Below, piece by piece: positions 1-12,750 of a stretch of 64,000 bases of DNA. A model generated the notes under the pieces. It worked only from the letters and a program-made list of their open reading frames with translations, was not told the DNA's origin and did not search any database. The position numbers and the translations under genes are program-made. The DNA is from Trichinella spiralis (lineage: Eukaryota). The stretch is taken from contig NW_003526943.1 in NCBI RefSeq assembly GCF_000181795.1, positions 6,664,122-6,728,121 of the forward strand. Reading direction: 5' to 3'. Numbering within the stretch: the stretch's first letter is position 1; the number at the start of each line of letters is the position of its first letter.

Positions 1-67
1 TAACATTCAACAATGTAAAAGGGAAATCTTCAATTTATCCGTCTCTTTAATGAAATTAAATACTTAC

Positions 68-1265
68 AACCTGAATCTTTTTCCATTTCTGCACGCAAAA
101 ATTTGTCAGTGCAAAGATTATCATTGCAGAAATAATACTGAAAAATAATTTATCAGTAAGAAGTAATTTGCATTGTACATCGAGTTGGCAAAACAGAACA
201 AGTACATTTCATTTTCACCTCACTCTAACATATTTATTTGTTCTATTATTTAATCGAATTTAAAGAACAGTTCATACTTTATAAACTATACCAATACAAG
301 TGATTTATAATTAAATTTTAATTCATAGTTTCAATAGTTGTTTCTAATTTATTAATCACTACGCGGTTAAATGTGGAAAGTGAATTAGCATTAATTTTGA
401 ACATAAAACAACCTTTTAGAATAAGCAAAATTCTACTGATCTGCATTAAAAAAATTTTTTTGCCGTTAAATATTTGAAATTAAGAATTTCATCATCATCA
501 TATTAAAAACTGTTTAAAGTAGCCCGTGATTAGAGATAACATTGTCAAGCATAATAGCATTCAAATTAAAATTCTAATTTATTGCATGACTGCATCACAA
601 CTATTACCTTAAGCATCATCAATAGCAACAAATAAATATTTAAACGCAAACAAACTATACAATTTATTAGAAACTGCAAGTAAATATTTTGATTTACACC
701 GCTTAACTCAGCGAATAAACAGAATATAACTACACAAACTTAATTAAAATAAAAAAAAAGTTTAACCATTTATTTAAAACAAAACAAGTAAAAACTATAC
801 AAAAGTTATTAATCGGGATTCTTAATTAAAAAGTAGTGAAACCTCGCAGTTCTAAAGATTTTACGTTTTAAAAGACAACACATATTACATTAACACTTAA
901 AAAACTTGATTAAAACTTGTTTTGCAGCATTCGTGAAACATACACAATGAGCTGCTTGAATCAATCACAAATGACAAATGTACCTCCATTTGTTTGCGGA
1001 TTTTCGCTTTAACAATTTCAATTGGCAGCTCTTGCTTAATTTCATCCTTTGCCTGATTTCCAGCCAAACCATTTTCTTCTGACTTTTCATCATGCACTGC
1101 ATTGTTTGCAGGTGCTGGATCAGCAGCATCTTCTGCAATCAAATCAACTTAAAAAATCTGCAAGCAAATTTAGCAACATCAATTACCGGAAACACTCAAA
1201 TTAGCTTTCTCAGCATCTTGTTCAGTAACTTCGCTAGTCATTTCGTTAGATATGATGTCGGTCAT
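68..1265 (-). CDS. La-motif RNA-binding protein (probably La/SSB-like), 5' part only; continues off the left edge
   Basis: Exons 1265-1187, 1147-984 and 137-68 with GT-AG boundaries splice in frame to MTDIISNE...KIRKQME|YYFCNDNLCTDKFLRAEMEKDSG, matching the La motif start (KI.KQ.EYYF.D.NL..DKFL). Subfamily is not certain from this fragment. Confidence 0.85.
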
Positions 1266-2217
1266 GGCTAACTGCACAAAGCTGTTCAATCTGAAACAAA
1301 TAAACAAAAATTCAGACAAACACACTTTGCACGATGAATCATGCCCACTTGCTTAAATGGTAAAAATGGGTTTTATGCTACAAAAACAACTCTTAATAAA
1401 TTCAAATTCCTCATGAATTAATTTCAGAATACACGTAATTAAATCATACGCATGCAAATTTTATATCAACAATTTCTACAATAGGTGATCATTATTATCG
1501 TCAGTTCATCATCATTTACGACATTATCATAATCATAAGCTCATATTGTAAATGCATATTTTATACTGTGTGAAAAATTCAAGAACTAAAATAATTTATA
1601 TGGTTATTAAAATTGAAAAAAAAGTTTATTATTTTACATATTGTTTTGTTTTATAGAAATTAAATATATTTTTCAATAAATAAAATTGGTATACTGTAGA
1701 AACACTGTATTAATAAAAATGCAGGTATTACACACATTGAAAATATTGTCCTGGTACTCAAATACCGATCTTTTTGCATGGTCAGTTTTTCTTTAGCTTA
1801 GCAAGGAAATTTTATTGCTTAGTTTTCACAAAACAGTTGATTTTTATTGAAAAAATTTATTCTATTATTTCATTTACAAGTAAATAGTAAATAAATAATT
1901 GACAACATGAAATTTATATGCTAAATAAAGGATGCACAAATGGTTGTCGAAACGAATGGACTGAAAAAAAGGCTACAGTTATTCAACTGAATTTAGTTAG
2001 TAAATTCAGCAAGTGTAGATGAAAAAAGTTTTTTATTCAAAAAAAGCAAAATGTTTTTTGAAAATAGCATAATTGCAAAATATACGTAATGAATGCAGCA
2101 ACGTGTGTTGTGGGCAATGTTGAAAAGGAAAATTGTAGCAATTTGCACAATTTCGTTGCCAACATCACCATCTATGATGATGACGATCGATGGTTTTGAA
2201 AAGTTGAAATAAATTTT

Positions 2218-3048
2218 TCAACTTCTGCTGCTGAACCACAACGCCGTTGGGACATTTTGACAGCCTGAATATTTTTCAAGCAATTCTTGTTCGCTGTAAG
2301 CTGAATTACTTTGACAAGGTGCTCCGGCGAGTGTTTTTCCTCGATCCGCTTCGGAACCTTGGAATATTTGGGGACTTGAATTCTGAACAAAGCTCTTCAC
2401 CAGCTAAATAAATAAAGAAGTGTTTATTTTTAAAATGATGAGTGATAAAAAACAACAACAAAATATCTCACGTGAAAAGAGTCTGTAAAACAGTCGGGAA
2501 GTTGATTTTTTCTCAACCACAACTTTGTAAATTCACTTCCCACCGAAAATTGTTCCGCATCACTACTAGAGACCGCTATGACATTTTTGTGCTTTGACGA
2601 TTTGTTCAACAATTCGATCACCTGACCACTGAAAGAGTGGTCGAGAATAAGGTGAACTTGATTAGCATGGCAATTTGCCAAATCGTCCAACAAATCATGC
2701 ATGCTGTACCATTCGCCAGGATTTCCCTGCAAAAAAAAAATATATATATACAGCAAAATAAATAATTTGTCGACAAATAATTAATTATTTCTTTTACCGA
2801 GCCGTCGTGATTGAAATCGCCCAAAATAAGACTTGGACTTGCGTGCAAAGCAGCAGGACCGTGAATCATCACCAGCAGAACATCGACGCAATTGGATGAT
2901 TTGCACAAATTTTGGATATGACCTCTGATCGCTGACCAATCGTGCAACATGTTCGCATTTTTTAATGAAAAATCATCTAAAAAATATTAATTAATCAAAT
3001 GAAAAGATTATTGATCGATATGAAAAGCTTGAAAGATGAAAAGAAACA

Positions 3049-3111
<63 letters not shown>

Positions 3112-3782
3112 TAAGAGAGAGGTTGATAGTTTCAAAATTTATAAAAGCATATTTTATTTTAAAAGTTGTCGGCTGCTTCTTTTAATAATTATTACGAAAA
3201 GTGTCATCAGGAAAAGCTCGTGACGGGTTGTCAAAATTAGTGTCATTTAAAATTAGCTATAAGCGACCCTGGCCTTTTGGTCATAAAATGCTCACCGCAG
3301 CGAGGGCAATCATTCGCAACGACCGACCGTTGACCATTATACGGCGGCGCCCAAGTAGCAGTAGCAGTAGTGTGTCGGCAATTTGTCTTCCCCAAAGCAC
3401 AGTTTCCCCTCAGCGCAGATCAAAAGGAGCCGCCACGGGCGGCATGCTTTGATCTCAAACGGGGCCGCTGTTCTTCATTGCTCAATAACTGCCGACAGCA
3501 AAACAGAAAACAACAGACGACTACGACTGCTACTACTACTACTAATACTTTTCCGATGCTTTTTATTTTTACAATTCACTACTACTTTGTTGTAAGCTTA
3601 TTGCCGAAAAAATTTTGGTCAACTTTTTGAACTTGCCGCCTATTTATATTTTTTTATTATTTTTTATTAAAAATGAGTTTTTATTTATTTTCAACATCTT
3701 AGACACACGTTTGCAGCGTCATAATTAATTGAAACATTTAGCAGAAAAGAATTCCATTCATAAACATTCTCTCTCTCCCTGT

Positions 3783-3848
<66 letters not shown>

Positions 3849-4890
3849 TTTTCAAATTATTATTATAATCTAAGGTAAGAACGCATTCATTTTAAAATTG
3901 TAATTTCAAATAAAATCACTAACCTGGTATTGCACTGACATGGTACGGATGGTAGTAATGGGTATGCGTGGGCATGAATCCGTGGTGTTTCAAAAAATTG
4001 CCCGTCTGGTGAAGCAAGTACAGATCATCCTCCTGTGTGGTCAGTTCACTCCAGCCGCCGTGCAATATCACAGCCCGGTCGCAGACTTCGAACAGACGGC
4101 ACGGTGCAGCCGCTTGGGGTGTACTGTCCGATTTGTCTGCCGGCATTTGAAATGCCCACTCTTGTCCAACTTGCAATTCCTCGTGATACCAGTGACCACG
4201 ACTCTGCTTGTGACGCATTTTGATGCTGGTCAGTTCGTCTGGACACGACGCGAAGCCGGCAATTTCCTTGCAATGAACCAGTTGGCTGTTGCGTGATTCG
4301 CGGCTTTTTCCGTTGATCAGAAATGCGGTTGGCAAAATGTCCATGGCGCACAGAAACGACGCCTCCTGCGAACAACCACGCCAAGGGTAACGCCCCTTGC
4401 ATGAACGTTTTCTCGCGGCGCGTAGACAATCTCCATGGCCGCTTATGTAATGTCCGAAATTCTGTTCACACATTTCAGCGTTGGTGTAGTCGATGAAATA
4501 GATCAACAACAAATGACCATAAGACGCTTCGGGGAAAGGGTCCAAAACCAGCAGACCGTCGTGAGTCCAATCAAAATGTTGAGTAATACTGAAGGCGACC
4601 AGGGTTGAAGATGAGCTCGAAACTGTGGCGAACAATTTTTCGCCTCGGTTGGTCACTTCAGCAACGTAAACTCGCACGTCGGCCGACTGTTGACGTCTCA
4701 TCTGCTCGCATTGGTCGACCAACAACGGCAACGACGAACAGTTGAAATTATACATCAATTCCAAAGCTTTTTCCGCCCAAATCTGGTGACGCTGGTGTGA
4801 AGCGTTGATTCTGCCCGGCCTGGGCGTGGCCGTCGTTTTGCCCAAGTACCAAATTGCTGCGACGGTGAACAGCAGAAGTTGCATCTTCAT
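2218..4890 (-). CDS. Uncharacterised secreted protein: Cys-rich N-terminal region plus caspase-haemoglobinase (peptidase C13/legumain-like) fold, probably inactive
   Basis: Exons 4890-3924, 2976-2798, 2726-2472 and 2403-2218 splice in frame (alternative ATGs at 4914 and 4884). Signal-peptide-like MKMQLLLFTVAAIWYLGKTTA. Motifs RAVILHGG, LKHHGF, VLLVMIHG, LILDHSFSG and NVIAVSSSDAEQFS occur in the order of the legumain/C13 core motifs. The gene model is firmer than the fold call. Confidence 0.75.
3053..3109. repeat. (AT)n microsatellite in intron 1 of the C13-like gene
   Basis: Perfect AT run. Confidence 0.97.
3418..3454. promoter_or_regulatory. Palindromic pair of TCF/POP-1 HMG + Helper sites (candidate Wnt response element)
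   Basis: GATCAAAAGGAGCCGCCACGGGCGGCATGCTTTGATC contains a reversed HMG-like site, GCCGCCA, a reversed GCCGCC and GCTTTGATC. Confidence 0.5.
3785..3845. repeat. (TA)n microsatellite in intron 1 of the C13-like gene
   Basis: Perfect TA run. Confidence 0.97.
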
Positions 4891-5308
4891 CACGCGACGT
4901 ATAAATATTTCCATATGAATAATAATGATGATGATGATAATGATGGAGGTGATGGTGAAAATGAAAATGACAAACAAGCAATTTCAACCGAACAGCACAC
5001 CGGCAATGTCGGTGTTTTCTGGAGACCGAAATGAACAAATGATGACGATAATTTTCCTTATGCTTTTCCTCAAAGACAATGAAGCAAATTCAAATGAGTG
5101 AAATTCAAAATCATCAACACACAAGCACACAAACACGCACACAAATAGCAACAGAGCTACCAAACAGCCGATTGACAATTTGACGACCCGAGTTGGAAAT
5201 GAAAAAGCAACTCGACGTCGACATCAGAAAAGCAGAGGATGCGCCAACGCCTGAATGGCCCGAGACTGGCCAATAAACGTGGCCTTTTGACGACCAATAA
5301 AACACCAA

Positions 5309-5353
5309 GCGGCAGCTTTGATCTCATGATCAGATATTTGCAATTTGCCGCCG
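5309..5353. promoter_or_regulatory. Upstream TCF HMG + Helper site cluster
   Basis: GCGGC-ag-CTTTGATC (5309-5323) and GCCGCCG (5347-5353), about 420 bp upstream of the C13-like ATG. Confidence 0.45.
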
Positions 5354-7659
5354 TTTGGCGCCTAACGCGTTGACCTGCTTGCTGTTCTCTTTTTCTGTTG
5401 TTCCGCTTGGGACTTTTTTTGACCAGCTCAAGTTTCGCGCCTTGTCAAAATCGGTCGCTTGTTCAAACGGTCAACGGCTATATTTGAAACGATTTTCCCG
5501 CCTTACTAATGCCAACAAAACAATACCGAACACAAATATGCCAGAAAATTGCTGTAATAATACGTTCCGATTGTTATGTATTTGTGGACATGAAGATTTT
5601 GTGTCAGATAGTAGAAGTGAAATCGAATAAATCCCCCCCCTTTTTTTGCGCAATCTGACTAATTGCTGTCAATTTTGCTTGACCAGAGGTCACTTGAGCA
5701 TTAGCTGCTTTTTTCCGTGGAATACAATGCGGAAAAGCTTAAATGGTCATTGAAAAGTTCAGACGGGAAATTCATCATTAACCACGAGGGTGTGTTTTTT
5801 CCTTCAGATAAGCGTTGTGATAACAATGCTTTGTTCGCATGATAATGTATAGAAGGAAATTCCATTATGCCACGCACGCTCATTGTCACTTTCTTTTCCG
5901 AAATATTCCAAAGAAAAGTAAACAAAAAATGCATATACATATATTCAAAGGAAAATAATTATTACTGTATTGTTTGATGAAAACTATTCCTTTTTTCTTC
6001 AAACAAATTATTGCAACTTTTAAAATGTTATTCACGTTCATCTTTAGTTCTTGAAATTTTAATCAATGTCATTTTTATTGTAAAACATTCCCATTGTAAA
6101 ATAGAAATCCATATTTCAATTTTTAAATTTTGCAAAAATGCTATGTTTTGCTTTTTTTTAATAAAAAACATATTGCAACTTGTACATTCTTCAATGAATA
6201 AGTTGCAAAAACATGCAGTAATTGAAATTTTAATTTATTCTTTTTATTTGATATTTCTTTCAAGCATAATTGCACATTTTTCACATAATCACAACAATAT
6301 ATATGAGTATGTTCGAGAAAGCTCATTTGATTTTGTTTTTGCGATGATGTTCGCTAGCTACTTAAATTAATTAAATATAAGCTGCTTAACAAATGAAATA
6401 TCTTTTTTCTAATTTTTGATCCAGCTATGATACTGCACACAGTACATATAATAAGCGCAGTTTTGTGCATCTTTTTTTGAAAAGTAGAATTTGTCTTTTT
6501 CATTTGTATTCTTTCCCAAATTCAATCCATCTCTTTTCTTAGTCAGTGTTAAAAATATCCCATTTAACATTTCGCGTTGCAAGCTCGTTTGGCTGCTTAT
6601 TAAAATCTTACTTAAACAAAAATCAAATTCAATTTTTCTAGTTGCAAATTTTCAAAAACTCTTCACAGTTTTGAACATTCATGAAGTATATTTTTGATCA
6701 AAATTTTCTGTTATTGAAATTTTAAAAAATATTTTCCGTTCAAAATTACATTGAATTAAATTGCAAAATTTGGAAAAAAACATCATTAACTTAAAGCAGA
6801 TCATAAAGTTAAAACGTGTCATTTTTTATAAAATAATACCCATTACAAATAATTTTTAAATGAAAGTTAAAATATTTTTTAAAAATTTCAAATGGAGAAA
6901 TCTGCTTTAAGAATCTTCATTATTCACTGTTTTATGTGAAACTTCATATTTAAAAAATTAACTTTTATGACATTTAGTAATTATCGTAACTCAAGTTTTT
7001 CATTTAAAAAAAGCTATTGCACCACATATATGTATATATGTTTGTTTGTATCTTCTATGATTGTAATTTGCATTATACTACTACTGTTATTTGGAATGGA
7101 TTGAAAGAAATAACCGTTTATTGTTTTCATATATAACTGAATCGCTGGAAAAGACGAAGGGGAAGATGTATGAGAGGACAGCGAAAAATTTAAAATTTAT
7201 GGCATGGAAAAATGATTAAGCTTAAACACATGATGAGGATAATAACTGAAACCAGTTTTTTTGCATTGTAGAACTAGGCAAACATTTATTCAATTAAGCA
7301 TTGCCTGTCTGCTTACCAATGACGCATTGTTTCATAGTAGCAAAAATGGCCTTTTAATTCATTACAACAGTAATGCCAAGCAATCAGCGCAGTGCAGAAA
7401 AAGATACAATAAAAATATTTATACAATTTATTTGGACAATCACCTCGGAAACATTAACAAACAGTACCCAGGAGAAGTTAATTTTTTTCAAAGTTCACAG
7501 ATTTAATTTAACAAGTGTATGTCATGGACGTCAAACATCTGAAAAGATCAGATTCATAGAAAAACAACAATAAGAAAAAAACCAAAGAAAAAGCAGTATG
7601 GAATGTTCTGACGACTGAAAAGGCGCAATTTATACCCTCCAAAGTGTGGCAGAGGTCTG

Positions 7660-8790
7660 CTTCCGTCCCCATCGCAATCGTACCTTTTGAAGAGGTCGAT
7701 GGCGCGGCACTCTTGTTCTGCCATCCATCGAATGTAGCGTCGACGCCAATCTTCAAACGAAAAACCGCTGAGGCGCTTCATTTCAATAGTGTAATGGACC
7801 CGATCATTAAGTATGTTCTTATAAGAAATGCAGCTCAACCAATTTTCCGCCAGATGTCCATTAGCTGCTCCGTTCTAGCGTTCACGAGGAGTGCAGTGTG
7901 CTCCTTCTCCGAGGTGCTGGGTAGAAGGATGTTACGACGTTGCGACCGCGACGAGCGTCTCAGTTGCGAGCAATTCCGAGACGCAATACTTTATTCTCGT
8001 TTCAAGACCAGCAAAGCCGAGATGGATCTGGTGGTCAAGGCAATTGACCACAACCAAGACGGCTTTGTTGATCTAGCCGAATTTTTGCACGCCCTGAGAG
8101 TTGACTCTGAAATGTTAACGGACGATAAGAAGATCGCCCAAGAAACTGAAAAGCAACTGAACTTGTGCAGTTGCAAAGAGAAGTATCCTGTTGAGGAAGT
8201 TCGTCCTGGACGCTGTTACAGATTGTAATTGGTACGAATTTATCGTTCTACTTTAATGGTTCGTGTCGGTGGTGGATGGCAAACATTTCAAGAGCAAAAA
8301 CGACCCTTGTAGAGCCAAAGGTAGAACGGGTCTTGAATTGTAAGAACAGTTCATTCCATCTGAAGATGGATCGCAAGCGGTTTGGCTGTTTCGAAGGAAA
8401 AATGTCAAACCGGAAAAAGTCGGCAAACTGAGCAGCAGCACTTCTTACGGCCCGGTAACCAAGATTCGTGAAAAAACCGAACGAAGCATACCAATGTGTT
8501 CAACCGATGCTGTTGCTAGCGGTGCGTCATCATTAGTAACCGACAGTGTTTGTAAAACATCGCCGACTGAGGCTTCTACCGCTCATGACGCCGGTGACCA
8601 CACGCCACAAGTAATCTAACCACCAAATGCTGACACCGGTACGTCGTCTCAGAGACCGCCTGAAGAAGTAAATGCTGCTGAGACGTCGAAACGACCGAAA
8701 AACACCACCAGCAGCAGCATATGCGGCATTACTGCAACAGAAATCGTCGTCGTCTCATCGAGCAAAGAGTACTACTACCGGGTGCGGTAG
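7660..8790 (+). pseudogene. Disrupted, intronless spectraplakin (VAB-10/Shot/MACF1-like) C-terminal fragment with EF-hands and GAR domain; 5' segment inverted
   Basis: Plus strand: EF-hand AIDHNQDGFVDLAEF, GAR motifs CSCKEKYPVEEV...LVRIYRSTLMVRVGGGW...NDPCRAKGRT, and GPVTKIREKTERSIPM; stops at 8226 and 8341 and a frameshift near 8295. Minus strand ~7930-7660: NARTEQLMDIWRK-(frameshift)-WLSC...LNDRVHYTIEMKRLSGFSFEDWRRRYIRWM...DLFKRYDCDGDG, the segment that normally precedes it. End coordinates are approximate. Confidence 0.85.
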
Positions 8791-9285
8791 GTAAAATGTA
8801 GGTCAGGACGCTCAAGTACAATTGCATTCTGTAGTTGTCCGTATATCTCTATGTTTTATTAAATTATTATTCACTTGTTTTTAATTTTTAATTTCAATTT
8901 TGTTATATTTTTGGAATATTCGCAGTGTATGAAATAATTCTATTATAATAAAATAGATAAAATGAAAATGGTAGTTTCACTGTAAATTTTTCAATTTATT
9001 GTAAATTAACAATTAAATTTAGCATATGTTTTGAATATTTATTTTATATTTATATGTCGGAATTATATTTCCACCACTTCTTGTGATTATAAAGTGTTAT
9101 TTGCACTTGACTGCTTGTAATTATACTGTACTTTTGTTGATAATTTTAGTTTCAAATTTTCGTTACATGTTGGCAACAGTATTATGCATTTTAAATATGT
9201 TACTTAATTTTTAATATTTATAAACAAATTTTTCCTTCACTTTTTATGAATCTAATAGATTTTAATTTCTATTTGATTAATTTAG

Positions 9286-10338
9286 ATGATTAACAATTCT
9301 GCTCACGAAACTTCAACGGATAAGCAACGTCCATCTGTAGTCCATGCATCTCGCCCAAAGTATGATCAGTTGTTTTTTTAAATATTGGATGCAATTTTAC
9401 GTGACAAGAATATTTTTATATATTTTATTTTTTTATGTTTTAATTTTTAATAAATTGAAATATTTGTTATTGTTTTGTTAATACTAGATTTTGATTTGTA
9501 TTCAACAATTTAAAGTAATTAATTTATAAATTATTTTAGTGTACGAATGCAGCTTGGTGATATCACCCCACACAACATAAAATTACTCAAGCGAATTAAT
9601 GGTATTGTTTTTCCTGTAAATTATAATGCTCGTTTTTACGAGGACGTTTTATCTACTACTAACATTGCAAAATTTGGTGAGTAATATCTATTTGTATATT
9701 TCGTTATCGGTAAAAATGTAATGATAGCTCAAGTAACGAGTTTAAATTTATTATGTTTTCATATTAAGTAATATAATGATTATGTCATGACAGTTATGAA
9801 ATACATATCCGTGCATTTTTGGTTAAATGTTTATTAAAGTTATTAACGTTTTTTAGCATATTTCAATGATATTGTCGTTGGAGCAATGTGCTGCAGAATT
9901 CTTCTCGTAAATAATGAAAAGAAATTGTACATAATGACTTTGGGTTGTCTTCCCAATTATAGACGATTTGGCCTCGGTATTTGTTCATTAATTTGTAATT
10001 TATGACAGAATCTGTTATCGTTTTCTTTCTTTAGGTACAATGATGTTAGAACACGTTTTTGACTATTGTCGGAAAAATAGTTCAATATCAGGCATATTTT
10101 TGTAAGTTATAAATTTATATTAAGCTAAATTGGAGAAGTAATTTTCCAACGAATTTCCAGACATGTCCAGGTGAATAACGATGTCGCCCTTGAGTTTTAT
10201 CGAAAATTTGGATTTGAAGTGCATTCGGTTGTTGAAAATTACTACAAACGTATTACCCCGGCTGATGCTTTTTTGCTGGTCAAGCGGCTTGATGGAGTTC
10301 GACGTAACGACAACGTGAAAGAAGTGCAACTTGTCTGA
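9286..10338 (+). CDS. NAA50: N-alpha-acetyltransferase 50 (NatE catalytic subunit, San)
   Basis: Exons 9286-9359, 9540-9676, 9857-9976, 10035-10101 and 10161-10338 give MQLGDITPHNIKLLKRINGIVFPVNYN...AYFNDIVVGAMCCR...LYIMTLGCLPNYRRFGLG...LHVQVNNDVALEFYRKFGF...NYYKRITPADA. Exon 1 is the least certain. Confidence 0.93.
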
Positions 10339-12287
10339 ATTGTTTTTATTCTTAAATTGCTGTATTTTTCTTTTTTAATATTTTTTGCTAAGAGCCCGTA
10401 GCACATGGTTTGTTTTTCCATCACAGCAAACTGAAGCAGTACTAAAAGTAAAACACAATGTTTATTAAAATGAACCAAGAAGTTATTTTTGATGAAAAAA
10501 TAAATGTTAAAAAAACAGTGCCACTTCTGCATGATCTGATTAAACGGACGGAATGTTTTTTATTGATCATCTTTTCTTTCAGTAAATTTCTTCACCAGAC
10601 CAATGCATCAGTTCTGAGCTTGTTTGTTAACTTTTGTATGCTAGTGCACTTTTTTGTTTTTTTAATTGGAAAATTTGTTGCCAAAAAAGAAGAATATTTA
10701 AAGCAGCGATATTGGAATTTTTTTATCTTTAATGAATATGTCGAAAAAAATTTATTCAGTTATTACAATTATAACGTGTATTTTCACAGCTTAACATTAG
10801 CTGAGCAGGTTTATCCAAAAACTGAACTAGCAGATGACTGAACCAAAGAAATTACATTTCATAAAGTAGATTATTTTACAAATAGTCAGATGAAATTTTA
10901 TTTTCCAGCAATTGAGGTTTTAATGTTTTCTCTCAATCATTTTCCAGAAAAAATGTGATATATTTAAATTTCTTATAAATTTAAAAGTTACACTGTATTA
11001 CGCGCACATTTATTTAATGTTAATGGATTTCATGCACCATCATTTCCCTCAACCTCTGGAAATCATAAGTGAACTTCACACTTGTTGCTGAGCATCCAGC
11101 TCGTAAAATAAATCAGTTAAAATTCAAGATTGGAATTTCATATCTATTTAGTTGTGAAAAATATGTAGTGCCAAATCAACAGTAATGAAAAAAGCAAAGG
11201 CATCTGACTGGGAGTTTCGAAGCAACTGTAGCGTTCAGAAGACCTCTGCCGCTCCTGATGTTTGTGGATTGTATATGTTTCGGGACGACCAACATTATAG
11301 TGGCTATTCGATGACGATCTTCAGAAACGAGCGTGATATGAGCAAACTCAGTCGATTCACTTCTTCACTGAATGACTCAACTCTAGCTGGCTGTTCATTA
11401 CATTAACTTCTCGCGGGGTTTTCAAGCCCAAATACACTGTATATGCATTGATATGGGGCCTCGGGATTATCGGCATGGCGGATGGCCAGCGTGAACCGCC
11501 AATAGAACCATTCGGTCATCGCGCGCTATCTGCTTGCTAATCTGATTTGGACTGCCGCCGACGCTCTGAAGCTTTGTTCTTTTTGTTCGCCTCTTGGCCC
11601 GCCACGCCGATGGCGTTTTAGTGGCATCACCACCGCCTGGTGGCGCCACCACCAGCTGCTGCTCCCCCTTGTGGTCATCTGATAACGCACCGCTGGAGTT
11701 CCTTGCGCAAGTAGCCGTTGTTTGCCTAACAAACAACTAAATCCCATGCTCCGCAGGGTCCCGCCCTGACCCAGACATCGGTCACTAAATTGCCGACTTG
11801 ATGATCTTCAAGGCAGTGGTCTAGTGTATCTTTGTCCTGACTGCTCTTGTGCACGCCTGCCGAGAGTGCGTCACGCCGACGACATCAGCGGCGTTGCGTT
11901 GAGTTCGCATGGCTGCAAGCAGTCTAATGTTGGAACCCGTCGCAATTACCAGTATATGTTTCGATTAACTTCAAACAAATTGTTAATGGCAAGGAACACA
12001 TTCAGTATGTTCAGCACATACTTTTGAACACCCCCAACATTTCTTCCGTTTACCGGTATATTTTAATTTGTACACCCTGCCTTCATACACGAGGGACATA
12101 CCGCCGGAACAGTTTGTCACAAGAGGGTCTAGTTCAACTCACCACGGCGGTCAACTCGCTGCGTGGTCTACTCACCGTGATTATCTGTGTCTGTGGCATA
12201 GCTTAAAATCGTAGGTTCACTAGCTGAGCATCTTTCTACTGCATTATTTATATTATTATACATTATTGCATTATATATTTCTTCATT

Positions 12288-12750
12288 CAGGGGCGTTATG
12301 CGTCTATTTTATGAAGGGGGGGGGGAACGGATATAGTATCCAAAAGATTTATCATGCACATGTATTATAATACATGACTGTCTGATGAAAAACAAAATAA
12401 TGCCGTTTTTTCATTTAAACAAAACTGGAATCTCAATCACGTGATATCAAAAACATGCAAATTATAACTTTAATTGCATTTCAAACAAACAACACGTTTC
12501 GATTCCATTTGAAACTGACTTGTCTGTTATGCGGTCAATATCAATGGAAAAATCAGAATGAATGTACATTAGTGCAAGTCTTTTCAGTCGTTCTTCAATC
12601 ATGGCAGTCCGGAAAATGTTTTTTACATAATTCAGTGCAGGAAAGCTTCGTTCTGTGTTTGCTGAAGCAATTGGGAGAATGGTGAAAATCTGTAGTAGTA
12701 CAGACACGTTCGGGTAATAAGCTTTTGGGCACAATGCTAAGGCATAAATA
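12288..12750 (-). mobile_element. hAT DNA transposon 3' remnant (C-terminal dimerisation domain)
   Basis: ORF 12734-12462: YPNVSVLLQIFTILPIASANTERSFPALNYVKNIFRTAMIEERLKRLALMYIH, matching the hATC consensus P..SA..ERSFS.L..IK..LR..M..ERL..LAL..IH. hAT-like terminus CAGGGGCG at 12288. Present only in unit 1. Confidence 0.85.

Noticed and set aside
1771..1786. 16-mer TTTTTGCATGGTCAGT also present at 24681
   Set aside because: Similarity does not clearly extend; chance or an unassignable repeat relic.
7644..8228. 194-aa ORF as a functional EF-hand protein
   Set aside because: Its first half is antisense read-through of the inverted spectraplakin segment and it ends at a premature stop inside the GAR domain.
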